From the NCBI GenBank assembly GCA_016839605.1, contig JAEOTX010000127.1, positions 1 through 25,580 of the forward strand: a DNA stretch of 25,580 nt, read 5' to 3'. Numbering within the stretch: the first letter of the stretch is position 1; the number at the start of each line of letters is the position of its first letter. This stretch comes from Candidatus Thorarchaeota archaeon. Lineage in GTDB: Archaea > Asgardarchaeota > Thorarchaeia > Thorarchaeales > Thorarchaeaceae. The notes beneath the pieces were generated by a model, which saw nothing but the letters and a program-made list of their open reading frames with translations, searched no databases and had not been told where the DNA came from. This document shows positions 17,232-25,580 of the stretch, one piece after another. The position numbers and the translations under genes were made by a program.

Positions 17232-17603
17232 TCACCTAGACAGGGCTCGGACGACTTCATCTTCCATCTCAATTGCCTGTTTGTACATCTTTGTGTCAAG
17301 GTTATTGATGTTATATGCCAAAGAAGCAGCCAGTCTGAGTTCTTTTCCATCAGAACCGGTTTTTTCTGTGACCTCACCTATCAACAAGTACTTCTCAGCA
17401 ACATTGAGGGTCCCTTCTACAGTAACAATGATTTTCGCAGCATCATCTACATTGTCATAGATGTCTTGTACCAAGGAAACACCTGGATTGGATTCGATTA
17501 CAATGCCCATTATCCGCACGGGGCCTTCAGTATTAGCTGATAACGAACGGACAGTGACCATCTTAGCAGGTTTTCGGCGGGGGTATTTCTTTTCCTCAGT
17601 CAA
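17232..17603 (-). CDS. Replication protein A small subunit (RPA14/RPA3-like OB fold)
   Basis: N-terminal RRKPA, VRIMGIVI, LLIGEV and a C-terminal helix LDTKMYKQAIEME, resembling Thermococcales RPA14. Start is TTG 17603 or GTG 17612. Confidence 0.75.
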   Translation of the reverse strand: MTEEKKYPRRKPAKMVTVRSLSANTEGPVRIMGIVIESNPGVSLVQDIYDNVDDAAKIIVTVEGTLNVAEKYLLIGEVTEKTGSDGKELRLAASLAYNINNLDTKMYKQAIEMEDEVVRALSR

Positions 17604-17654
17604 GGTTATCACACTGTATTTAGTTCAGACAGAGTCTGATATTAAGTCCTCCAC

Positions 17655-17984
17655 TCAACCACCATAGTTGCGCCAAGTGTGTTTGCATTCAGTACATCTA
17701 TAGAACTCGGTGGCACCCTCATCACCACGTCTTGTCTGAACAGTCCAGTAGTATGCGTCATTGTGGCCGCATTTTGGACAACTCGCCTTGGTGATAGGCA
17801 TTGGAATAGAATCATCCTCAACTACCACAATCTTGTCGCGAGGTGTCTTCTCAAGACGATGAGAAACAGTAAGCCTGCCCTTGATTGGTTTGGAATGCCC
17901 ACAGCTTCGACATTTCAAGTGTCTTGATCCATCCTCTTCAGTTGCAGGGATCATCATTGCGCCACATTTGTCACAAAATTCCAT
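17655..17984 (-). CDS. tfs: Transcription factor S (TFS/RpoM family)
   Basis: MEFCDKCG...CRSCG and CPKCG...QTRRGDEG...FYRCTEC; the acidic DE hairpin is intact. ATG at 17984. Confidence 0.95.
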   Translation of the reverse strand: MEFCDKCGAMMIPATEEDGSRHLKCRSCGHSKPIKGRLTVSHRLEKTPRDKIVVVEDDSIPMPITKASCPKCGHNDAYYWTVQTRRGDEGATEFYRCTECKHTWRNYGG

Positions 17985-18062
17985 ATTTCGGCACTCCGAG
18001 TTCTCGATGGCACTGCGCCCTTTCAAATTAAGCCTTGCTGAAGGACAGTATACGGCAACGAA

Positions 18063-18488
18063 TCATTCTGATTGATCAGGAAGGAAGCTCATTACGCCAA
18101 GTAGTAGTTTCTGAAAGGCACGAGAAGCTATTTCACCCTCCTGCTTCCTATTTGTTTCCGGATCAATGTTAAGCTCCTTAACGAGATTCGAAACTATTGA
18201 CTCAATGGTAAGACTACCAGTAAGCCAAAGATAGGCCATTATCGCTTCATACGCGTCGGCAGCTACACCTGAGTCTGTTCTTCGTCCAATGTGAGTGTAA
18301 ACTGGTGTGTCACGAATAGCACGTGCAAGAACTGAATCACGTACTTTCTCTCCTGTGGGTCCCATTAGAACTTCGGACTTAGCCAGAGAATAGCAGAGGT
18401 TGACAAGGTTGTCACCTAGCTTCGCTAGACCTTTATTTCTCATGATAGCTTTTGTGTTTGGGTGTTCTTTGAGGAAACCCCACATCAT
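18063..18488 (-). CDS. Archaeal ribonuclease III-like (Mini-III-like) protein
   Basis: KGLAKLGDNLVNLCYSLA, KVRDSVLA and ADAYEAIMAYLWL resemble the RNase III signature; no dsRBD. Confidence 0.75.
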   Translation of the reverse strand: MMWGFLKEHPNTKAIMRNKGLAKLGDNLVNLCYSLAKSEVLMGPTGEKVRDSVLARAIRDTPVYTHIGRRTDSGVAADAYEAIMAYLWLTGSLTIESIVSNLVKELNIDPETNRKQEGEIASRAFQKLLLGVMSFLPDQSE

Positions 18489-18523
18489 TGATTCACCAAC
18501 GAAAGGGCTCCATATTCCCTGTT

Positions 18524-18823
18524 CTAGTCTACGCTATAGTCCGATACAGCCTGATTAACATCCTTGCGGAACTCTTCAGTGCGTGCCAGCATCTTCTCGA
18601 GAGCTTCTCTAAGGACCACCTTTGCCTGACGCTTTGAGGACTTCTTTGTCCTCACAGTGACTATAGGACTTGCAAGAAGTGGATGGTCGATATTATATCC
18701 AGCAAATTCCACTGCCGGTTCTTCGAGAAGGGTCTTGCGTAATAGATTGCAGAACCCATGGTCTTCTTCTTGGAACTCGATCTTCAGTTCATATCGTTCT
18801 TGCTCGATAACTCTTGGCTTCAT
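18524..18823 (-). CDS. rpoL: RNA polymerase subunit Rpo11 (RpoL)
   Basis: EEDHGFCNLLRKTL...VEFAGYNIDHPL; follows csl4. Confidence 0.95.
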   Translation of the reverse strand: MKPRVIEQERYELKIEFQEEDHGFCNLLRKTLLEEPAVEFAGYNIDHPLLASPIVTVRTKKSSKRQAKVVLREALEKMLARTEEFRKDVNQAVSDYSVD

Positions 18824-18829
18824 CTAGTG

Positions 18830-19570
18830 TCATCTCCGGTGTCTATCTCGACGGCCCCGACCTCTGCTGTCCCTTCTATCATCGAAACGTCTAGAGAATC
18901 GACCTCCATCTCTGTCACGGGGTCCGCCTCTGCGGTCATGTCGTCGATCGTCATAGGACCTCCTTCGGGGTGCAAGGTCCTGTCTTGTTTCAATTCCAAA
19001 CATTGCCCCATAGTCCTTTGCTACTTCACGTGTTTCACGATTTTCACAACGGAGACAAATGAGATTGTTGTAAGTGGTCAGTGTAAGTTCGTAGCCACAT
19101 TTCACACACTTGGCACCTAAAACACCTAATTCAGGACCCACGAGACTTAGTTGGACGGGTATCTCATGTGTATTGAGAACTGTTGCTCTAACAATGTCTC
19201 CCTTCCGTAACACATCTCCCATGGACTTCACAAAACGTCGGGTTACGTTGCTTATGTGAATCTCACCAATAAAGGTACTTAGAACGTCCTTGTCATTTCG
19301 TTTTACAATAGTGACTTCAGCACGTTGTTCCCAAGCATTGGTGACCTCTCCAATCACGATGTCGCCTCTCACTGGGAGTGCAAGCCTCATGCTTCCATCA
19401 CCCTCAAGTACTCTGATACTTCGGTCCTTGAGGTCGATGGAAACTCCACCGGAGGTTGCCGCATAGACGATTCCATCCTGTTCATATGTACCGAAACCAG
19501 GCATCAGCTCTTCAATAACACACAGCTGGTCTCCAGGGACTACGATATCCCCACTCTTTACATCAGCCAT
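18830..19570 (-). CDS. csl4: Exosome RNA-binding subunit Csl4 with an Arg/Asp/Gly-rich tail
   Basis: VVPGDQLCVIEE...PGFGTYE, S1 domain (GDIVIGEV, IHISNV, GDIVRA), zinc ribbon CVKCG...CLRC...ETREVA. Confidence 0.93.
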   Translation of the reverse strand: MADVKSGDIVVPGDQLCVIEELMPGFGTYEQDGIVYAATSGGVSIDLKDRSIRVLEGDGSMRLALPVRGDIVIGEVTNAWEQRAEVTIVKRNDKDVLSTFIGEIHISNVTRRFVKSMGDVLRKGDIVRATVLNTHEIPVQLSLVGPELGVLGAKCVKCGYELTLTTYNNLICLRCENRETREVAKDYGAMFGIETRQDLAPRRRSYDDRRHDRRGGPRDRDGGRFSRRFDDRRDSRGRGRRDRHRR

Positions 19571-19579
19571 TGTACTTCA

Positions 19580-20206
19580 TCATTCCTCTTGTCTGCATAT
19601 GCGATAAAGGTCCACTCCAACCAAATGCTTCTGTTTCCTATGAAATTTGTAGAGTCGAGGTATTGGAAACTCGAAAGTTTCGACCTGTGTTATCTTTCCT
19701 CCAAGATCTTCAATTTTGGAATCCAGGAAAGCCCTATTCTTTTCACCGGCCAAGTGCATGCTGTATGTGACTTTCGCGAGTGATATTGCCTTCCTCAGGA
19801 AGCTCAGGTCCGCACCTCTCTTCTTGACTCCGAAAGGTGGATTGGTCACCACAGTGTCAACGGGCCCTAGCACTTTAAATGAGGTAACATCCCCGAGGAC
19901 CCAATCTGTTGTGTTTTCAGTCCTGAGTGAGGCTGAATTCTTTTGAGAGACCTTTAAGGCTTTGGATTGCACATCAAGGCCGACAACGTGGGATGCTCCT
20001 AGAAGAGCAGCTCCAATGGCAAATATACCATCGCCACACCCAAGATCACAGACTTTCTTGTCCTTTATGTCATCGTGTTCCATGTGAGCGGCGAAGAGAA
20101 CGGCTGCTGCAATATTGGCTGGTGTAGGATATTGTTCCAAAGAGACCTCATACTCCCCCATTCTTTCGATTGACTGCAGCATGATTTCAAGATCTCTTAG
20201 GAGCAA
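19580..20206 (-). CDS. METTL5-family SAM-dependent (rRNA m6A-type) methyltransferase
   Basis: LEQYPTPANIAA, DLGCGDGIFAIGA, NPPFG, YSMH and FHRK motifs. TTG start after GGTGA. Confidence 0.9.
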   Translation of the reverse strand: MLLRDLEIMLQSIERMGEYEVSLEQYPTPANIAAAVLFAAHMEHDDIKDKKVCDLGCGDGIFAIGAALLGASHVVGLDVQSKALKVSQKNSASLRTENTTDWVLGDVTSFKVLGPVDTVVTNPPFGVKKRGADLSFLRKAISLAKVTYSMHLAGEKNRAFLDSKIEDLGGKITQVETFEFPIPRLYKFHRKQKHLVGVDLYRICRQEE

Positions 20207-20332
20207 TATTCAATCACCCAGCAATGCGAGATGTCCAGAAAACCAACCTTGATGAATCCTACGGACAGCAAGAAACTTGGTTCTGGTAATACGTACCTTT
20301 AACTGGACGATATCTCCATATGTTCCATAGGC

Positions 20333-20354
20333 TCCAGTGGAAATCCAGTGGAAC
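20333..20354 (+). promoter_or_regulatory. Tandem mini-ORB (Orc1/Cdc6-binding) boxes upstream of cdc6
   Basis: TCCAGTGGAA at 20333-20342 and 20344-20353 matches the archaeal ORB core TCCAGTGGAAA and lies 30-50 nt upstream of the cdc6 ATG. Confidence 0.75.
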
Positions 20355-20385
20355 TTGCCTCATCTTCTGATGGAGAGACGAGAGT

Positions 20386-21630
20386 ATGGAAAAACCTCTA
20401 GACAAGCTTTTCGACAAGTTCCTTCAAGGTCAGGCCATTTTCAGAGACAGAAATGCGCTAAGGCCAACGTATGTGCCTGATGAACTCCCCTACCGAAACG
20501 AACAGATGAATCGAATCGGTGCGATTCTAGGGCCTGCGCTCCGTGGAGCTCCGCCATCAAACATCCTGTGCTATGGTAAGACTGGTACAGGAAAGACGGT
20601 TGTGGCGCGTTACGTTCTAGATCTGCTGGTGAAGAAAGCTACGGAAAGCGGGGTCAGACCCCCACTTACTGCGCATATCAATTGCAGAATTGTTGGCACA
20701 AACTATAGAGTGCTGCGTCAATTATGTGAAGATATTGATGCAAGGATGCCAGATGGTTCTGAGGTGCCCTTCACAGGTCTGCCGACTGATGAGATTAGAT
20801 CCATCTTCAAGAAGAAGCTCGATTCGGATTCTAGCATAATGGTAGTTGTGCTTGATGAGGTGGACTCTCTTGTGAAACGTGATGTGGGTCAGGGTAATGA
20901 TATTCTCTACGGATTGACTAGAATGAACGGAGAACTGGAGAAGAGTCGAATCTCAATAATCGGGATAAGCAATGATTTGAAGTTTAAAGAGATGCTGGAT
21001 CCTAGAGTCCTCTCGACACTGGGAGAAGAAGAAGTCATATTTGCACCATATAATGCGGTCGAGCTGAAAGGAATCCTACAACAGAGAGTGGTAATCGCGT
21101 TCAACAAGAATGCAATTGGTGAGGAAGGTGTCATCAACCTCGTGGGGGCTCTTGCCGCCCAAGAGCACGGTGATGCAAGAAGAGCACTGGATCTTTTGAG
21201 GACCTCAGGCGAGCTTGCTGAACGCAACGGAGATGAGAAGGTAATTCAAGGACATGTTCGTGAGGCTCAGAAGATAATCGAACGGGACACAATAACAGAA
21301 ACTGTAAAGACGCTCCCCATGCAGTCAAAGGCAGTCCTCTTCTCAGTCTACGCATTAGCTAGCAAGGGGCAAAAGGACATCTTCACAGGTGAATGCTATA
21401 ACGTCTATTCGGAGATTGCACAGTCCTTGTCCTTAGACACACTCACACAGAGACGTGTTTCAGACTTAATCTCGGAGCTTGATATGCTAGGCCTCATCAA
21501 TACGTCTGTCATCTCAAAAGGACGATATGGCCGTACAAAGAAGATACGACTCGCTGTGAGTAAGAAACAGATTGGGATAATCCTTGATGAGGATGTGCGA
21601 CTTGGTAAGATAGCTGAAGAAGTTCTGTGA
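20386..21630 (+). CDS. cdc6: Orc1/Cdc6 replication initiator
   Basis: LRPTYVPDELPYR, Walker A GKTGTGKT, Walker B VVVLDEVD, HGDARRALDLLR and wHTH RRVSDLISELDMLGLI...GRYGRT. Confidence 0.97.
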   Translation: MEKPLDKLFDKFLQGQAIFRDRNALRPTYVPDELPYRNEQMNRIGAILGPALRGAPPSNILCYGKTGTGKTVVARYVLDLLVKKATESGVRPPLTAHINCRIVGTNYRVLRQLCEDIDARMPDGSEVPFTGLPTDEIRSIFKKKLDSDSSIMVVVLDEVDSLVKRDVGQGNDILYGLTRMNGELEKSRISIIGISNDLKFKEMLDPRVLSTLGEEEVIFAPYNAVELKGILQQRVVIAFNKNAIGEEGVINLVGALAAQEHGDARRALDLLRTSGELAERNGDEKVIQGHVREAQKIIERDTITETVKTLPMQSKAVLFSVYALASKGQKDIFTGECYNVYSEIAQSLSLDTLTQRRVSDLISELDMLGLINTSVISKGRYGRTKKIRLAVSKKQIGIILDEDVRLGKIAEEVL

Positions 21631-21643
21631 GCTCGCGTCCATT

Positions 21644-23293
21644 TTAGTATCCAATCATGTCGTAGAAGAGCTTGACTTCTGGTGCACCTGTACTCAAGTT
21701 AAGAAGGGTGACGATGCCAGGAGTGGGTTCGATTCCCTGTTTGCGCATGAACTCGGTCTGAGCTTGGAAAGTACCCGAGTTGATTATCTGGACTCTATGA
21801 CGAGTGCGTACCACAGCATTGTGGTGTGCATGTCCAAAATGGATTACATCTGGCGGTGTATCTATGACCATCCAGTCTCGATGAAGAGGGGCTAGCTCTG
21901 TCTTCCCACCGAAAAGAGGCGCTAGATGTCGTTTCTCAAGAAGTGACTTCATTGGAATGGCGGGTTTCTTGTATGATGCACTTGGGATGTTTGTCACGAG
22001 GTCATCTAACGAATCACCATGAGTAAGTATGAAATTAACTCCCTCCACAACTACTTGGCAAGGGTCTCCTAGCATGATGATGCTATCACCCAGGTCATAG
22101 AGGGGCTTTGCAAACTCCTCAGGAATTGGAGGTCTTGGAAGTGCCTGTCTACATGCATCATGATTTCCAGGTATGCACAAGATTTTGATTCTGTCAGGTA
22201 GATCACGAAGTTTGCTAGCCAGTAGAGCATATTGATCGTATATACTTGGTATTGCTAGGTCGCCTCGTTGCTCAGGATACACTCCAATGCCATCCACCAA
22301 GTCACCTGCAATGAAGAGATATTCGGTTCGTTCTACCATACGCTTTTCAGAATCGTCAACATCTTTTCCACTTAGCCATTGAATGAAACGGTCAAACTCG
22401 TCCTCTAGGAACTCGTTACTGCCACAATGTAAATCCGAAATGAAAGCCGCATAGACTTCGCGTTTTGCCCTTCCACTCTCTCTGATCATTGGAATGTCAG
22501 GGAAAATCACGTCATCTGCAATCATCCTTCCATCTTGATCGACAAATCCCGAAACGCATACAATTTCGTCCAAAAGGACTGAATTTGCCTTCACGGCTAG
22601 CTGTTGACCATTTCGTCCTTTCAGGCTTGTAGGAACTACACAGATTATGGACCCCTTCGAATCTTCGATATCGAGGATTATGTTGTCAGACTGAGAAGTC
22701 CTCTTGTTTCTCACAATACCAATCACTATCAGACTTGGTGGTCGGCTACCTCTGCGTCCCTCACTTTGCATCACCCTATATTGTCTTGAGTCAATCCCTC
22801 TCATTCGTGCATCTGCAGGAGAAATTGCACCTCGTGTGTCCATTCGACCTGCAAAGATGTTCTTGATTCGGCTATATCGGTCAGCAAACAAAGCTAAGAA
22901 ATCGTCTACAGTCCCCTCTGAACCAACTGAGTCCTTGTCAGGGCTCTTAAGAACCCGAATTGACCAGGTCGATGTTTCAATCGGTTCCAAATCTAGTGGA
23001 TCAGCGATTTCAACGGGTTTTTGAGTTTCAATTGGCTCGAGCGAGGCTTCTGATTCCGTGCTTTCGTTATTCAATAGGCGTTCTATGAACTCGCGCGATA
23101 AGACCGATGGGCATGACTTTTGCATGCAAGTAACGATTATAGAGTCTACTACATGACTTGGTGATTCCAGACTCAGGACATATTCTAATGCAGCAGGAGA
23201 TATCTGGAAACCCGAATTGATTAGCTTCTTTAGCACATTTTGTCGGTCAGATTGCGTCAATGGATACCGCATCGATGATACTTGCGTTTCCAT
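21644..23293 (-). CDS. polB: DNA polymerase D small subunit DP1 (3'-5' exonuclease)
   Basis: Phosphoesterase motifs SDLH, AGDLVDGIGVYP, PGNHD, THG, RHLAP, GHAH; OB fold; N-terminal GFQISPAALEY domain. Start uncertain (23260-23332). The symbol polB is the archaeal DP1 name, not a family-B polymerase. Confidence 0.95.
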   Translation of the reverse strand: METQVSSMRYPLTQSDRQNVLKKLINSGFQISPAALEYVLSLESPSHVVDSIIVTCMQKSCPSVLSREFIERLLNNESTESEASLEPIETQKPVEIADPLDLEPIETSTWSIRVLKSPDKDSVGSEGTVDDFLALFADRYSRIKNIFAGRMDTRGAISPADARMRGIDSRQYRVMQSEGRRGSRPPSLIVIGIVRNKRTSQSDNIILDIEDSKGSIICVVPTSLKGRNGQQLAVKANSVLLDEIVCVSGFVDQDGRMIADDVIFPDIPMIRESGRAKREVYAAFISDLHCGSNEFLEDEFDRFIQWLSGKDVDDSEKRMVERTEYLFIAGDLVDGIGVYPEQRGDLAIPSIYDQYALLASKLRDLPDRIKILCIPGNHDACRQALPRPPIPEEFAKPLYDLGDSIIMLGDPCQVVVEGVNFILTHGDSLDDLVTNIPSASYKKPAIPMKSLLEKRHLAPLFGGKTELAPLHRDWMVIDTPPDVIHFGHAHHNAVVRTRHRVQIINSGTFQAQTEFMRKQGIEPTPGIVTLLNLSTGAPEVKLFYDMIGY

Positions 23294-23439
23294 TTTAAAC
23301 GTCTGCTCTCGTACGTCCGCGCTTGGAATCAAGGCTAGGCTCTTACTTTATTCATGTCCTTGAAAAAAAGAAAAGCGGTAAGTGTAATAAGCCATCATTT
23401 CAACATTGATTTGGCGCCATCCGGCCCCAGGTGGAGCGA

Positions 23440-24432
23440 ATGGTCAATTATAGAAAACTCCAGCAGACAGGCGGAGAGAAGGGTAGTTCATTCTCGATAA
23501 TCCTCCCGAAAGACTGGGTAAAGAAGAGATGGGACCTCAGTAAGGGCGACAGTGTCGTTGTTGCTGAACGAGAAGACGGATGCCTCATAATAGATCCACG
23601 GCCTCAAAAACCCGGAGACACGAGAACAACGGTTATCCAAATCGAACATAATCTACGATGGGAGATAACTAGCAAGTACTTGTTAGGATTCGACGAGATT
23701 CGCGTCGTAAGTGGCACTCCGATAACAAACCTTCAAAGACTAGAATTGAAGAGAATGATTAGCAGGTTCGTGGCCTTGGAGATTACTGATGAGATAGAGG
23801 AGGACGACAGACATGAGATTGTGGTGAGATGCTTGGTTGATCCTTCAACTCTTCCTGTGCGCAAAGCTATGAGAAGAATGAACCTGATTGCATCTAGAAT
23901 GCTGGATGATGCATTGAGGGTTTACTTTGACGGCGCACAAGAGTCTGCAGAAGACATTATTCAAAGGGATGAGGAGGTAGATCGTCTATTCTTCCTGATT
24001 GTAAGAGAACTCAGGTCTGCTGTGCAGTATCCACGAATTTCAGAATTAATGAGCATCGCCCCCGTTGAGGCTCTGGATTTGAGGTTGGCTGCCCAGTATA
24101 TAGAACGCATTGCAGATTTATCGGTTGATATCGCTAGAACGACAGAAAATGCAGTGGAGAAGAGCCTCGTGAAGAAGATGGAACCAATCGCTAACAGGGT
24201 CAGAACGATGTTGGCGAAATCCGTAGAGAATCTCTTCAAATTCGACTCGAAAAAGGTGACATCTGTCATCAAAGGAGAGAAGGAACTGATTGAAGATATA
24301 GCGAAAATTCGCCAGTATCTCCTCTCAAAGTCAAATCGTGAACCACATACAGAACTGTTTGTAATAGACTGTCTATTGAGGATTGGAGAGGCTGCAAAAG
24401 ATATTGTGGATTTGGCATTGCCACAGAACTGA
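23440..24432 (+). CDS. AbrB-PhoU family phosphate uptake regulator
   Basis: N-terminal AbrB-like RKLQQTGG...ILPKDWVK, then PhoU repeats RDEEVDRLFFLIVR and YIERIAD. ATG at 23440 after AGGTGGAG. Confidence 0.88.
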   Translation: MVNYRKLQQTGGEKGSSFSIILPKDWVKKRWDLSKGDSVVVAEREDGCLIIDPRPQKPGDTRTTVIQIEHNLRWEITSKYLLGFDEIRVVSGTPITNLQRLELKRMISRFVALEITDEIEEDDRHEIVVRCLVDPSTLPVRKAMRRMNLIASRMLDDALRVYFDGAQESAEDIIQRDEEVDRLFFLIVRELRSAVQYPRISELMSIAPVEALDLRLAAQYIERIADLSVDIARTTENAVEKSLVKKMEPIANRVRTMLAKSVENLFKFDSKKVTSVIKGEKELIEDIAKIRQYLLSKSNREPHTELFVIDCLLRIGEAAKDIVDLALPQN

Positions 24433-24444
24433 GAGGTGTGTTCG

Positions 24445-25580
24445 ATGGGTCAGAAGCTATTTGGAACTAGTGGGATTCGCGGCGGAATAGACTCGAAAGT
24501 AACCGTGGATCTTGCTCTTGGACTTGGACGTGCATTAGGGTCTCTCTTGAAGGGCCGTGGAACCGTGGGCGTGGGTATTGATGCAAGAACTTCTAGAGAG
24601 ATGCTGAGAGGTGCCTTTGTTTCGGGCGTGTTATCGACTGGGGCGGATGTGATTGACCTAGGAATAGCTCCAATGCCTACTGTGGCATATCATAGCTCAG
24701 TCACCGGTGTATCTGCATCTGTGATAATCACAGCAAGTCATAACCCACCAACTGATAATGGTTTCAAGTTCTTCCTATCAGGCCGTGAGTTCATTCGATC
24801 CGAGGAAGAGTTTCTGGAAGCACGAGTTTCCGATCATAAATTCATCAAGGCTGATTGGCAAACCATTGGCAAGATACGACGTCTGGATATCAGGAGGCAA
24901 TATCTTGACAGGGTCAGAGAATTTGTCTTGAGTAGAGGAGGAACAAGCAAAGGAACGAAAATCTTGGTTGATGCCGCAAATGGAGCAGCCACAAACTACA
25001 CACCCCATCTTCTCAGGGAACTTGGATTCTCAGTTACAACAGTGAATGCTCATCAAGACGGCCACTTCCCTGGAAGACCAGCAGAACCTTCTCCAAAGAA
25101 TCTGAAAGACACGATGAAAATGACTGCTGACTCTGATTTCTCAGTGGCTCTGTGTCATGATGGGGATGGTGACCGCCTTGCTGCGATTGATGAGGATGGA
25201 AAATTCATAGACCAGAACAGGGTCATAGCACTGTTTGCTAGAGATGAAGTAAGACGCAGAGGAGGAGGCACCGTTGTGGTATCAATCGACACATCCAGTG
25301 TCATTGATGAAGTCGTTCGTGCTGAAGGCGGTGAGGTGGTAAGAGCGCCCCTTGGGTCGCTGCAGGAGATTCTTGCAGTCAAGACTGATGGCAGTGTTGT
25401 CTTTGCATCTGAGCCCTGGAAGCCTATTTTTGCAGAGCTTGGATGGTGGATGGATGGTGTGACGGGTGCTGCTAGGTTTGCTCAGATGATGGATGAAATG
25501 GGAGATGGCAGCTGTATCAAGTTGATGAAGTCAATTCCTGAGTATCCTATTCTCCGTGACCACATCCCTTGTCCAGATGA
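24445..25580 (+). CDS. Alpha-D-phosphohexomutase superfamily enzyme, probable archaeal phosphopentomutase; 3'-truncated
   Basis: Absent from the ORF track because it has no stop in the window. Manual translation gives MGQKLFGTSGIRG, ITASHNPPTDNG, DGHFPGR, HDGDGDR, GGGTVVVSIDT and FASEPWK. Confidence 0.88.
   Translation, partial: MGQKLFGTSGIRGGIDSKVTVDLALGLGRALGSLLKGRGTVGVGIDARTSREMLRGAFVSGVLSTGADVIDLGIAPMPTVAYHSSVTGVSASVIITASHNPPTDNGFKFFLSGREFIRSEEEFLEARVSDHKFIKADWQTIGKIRRLDIRRQYLDRVREFVLSRGGTSKGTKILVDAANGAATNYTPHLLRELGFSVTTVNAHQDGHFPGRPAEPSPKNLKDTMKMTADSDFSVALCHDGDGDRLAAIDEDGKFIDQNRVIALFARDEVRRRGGGTVVVSIDTSSVIDEVVRAEGGEVVRAPLGSLQEILAVKTDGSVVFASEPWKPIFAELGWWMDGVTGAARFAQMMDEMGDGSCIKLMKSIPEYPILRDHIPCPD

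Noticed and set aside
18820-19011. 63-aa acidic alternative-frame ORF ending in an ATGA overlap with rpoL
   Set aside because: Its E/M/I/T-rich composition is the expected frame shadow of the Arg-Asp-rich Csl4 tail, with no independent support.
20233-20287. Imperfect inverted repeat CCAGAAAACCAA / TTGGTTCTGG in the cdc6 upstream region
   Set aside because: Gapped and short, and not distinguishable from chance without comparative data.
1-25580. Numerous 60-150 aa antisense or overlapping ORFs in the track; tRNA, rRNA, CRISPR and IS elements
   Set aside because: The short ORFs overlap well-supported genes and lack motifs. I saw no RNA genes, repeat-spacer arrays, transposases or integrases.

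Overview
Archaeal chromosomal DNA with GGAGGTGA-type ribosome-binding sites, TATA-like promoters and many GTG/TTG starts. Gene content suggests an Asgard/TACK-type anaerobe (possibly Thorarchaeia), but this is my impression and cannot be proven from the window. From left to right it contains: (1) a BMP-family nucleoside-type ABC transporter operon; (2) on the minus strand, a cupin, an acyl-CoA dehydrogenase and a tightly coupled redox operon, hdrC-hdrB-[QmoA-like HdrA]-[QmoB-like HdrA::MvhD]-[~754-aa protein with two winged helices and a 2x[4Fe-4S] ferredoxin]; (3) a minus-strand information-processing superoperon (METTL5-like methyltransferase, csl4, rpoL, RNase III-like, tfs, RPA14, PCNA, priS, gins15, two small unknown ORFs); (4) a divergent cdc6/orc1 with tandem mini-ORB boxes upstream, and a convergent PolD DP1 gene; (5) an AbrB-PhoU regulator and a probable archaeal phosphopentomutase running off the right end. 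The best candidate for an undescribed system is the Hdr/Qmo-like operon. It has no donor module in the window, its flavin-site residues deviate from canonical HdrA, and it ends in a translationally coupled double-wHTH ferredoxin. All family calls come from motif recognition by eye; no searches were run.
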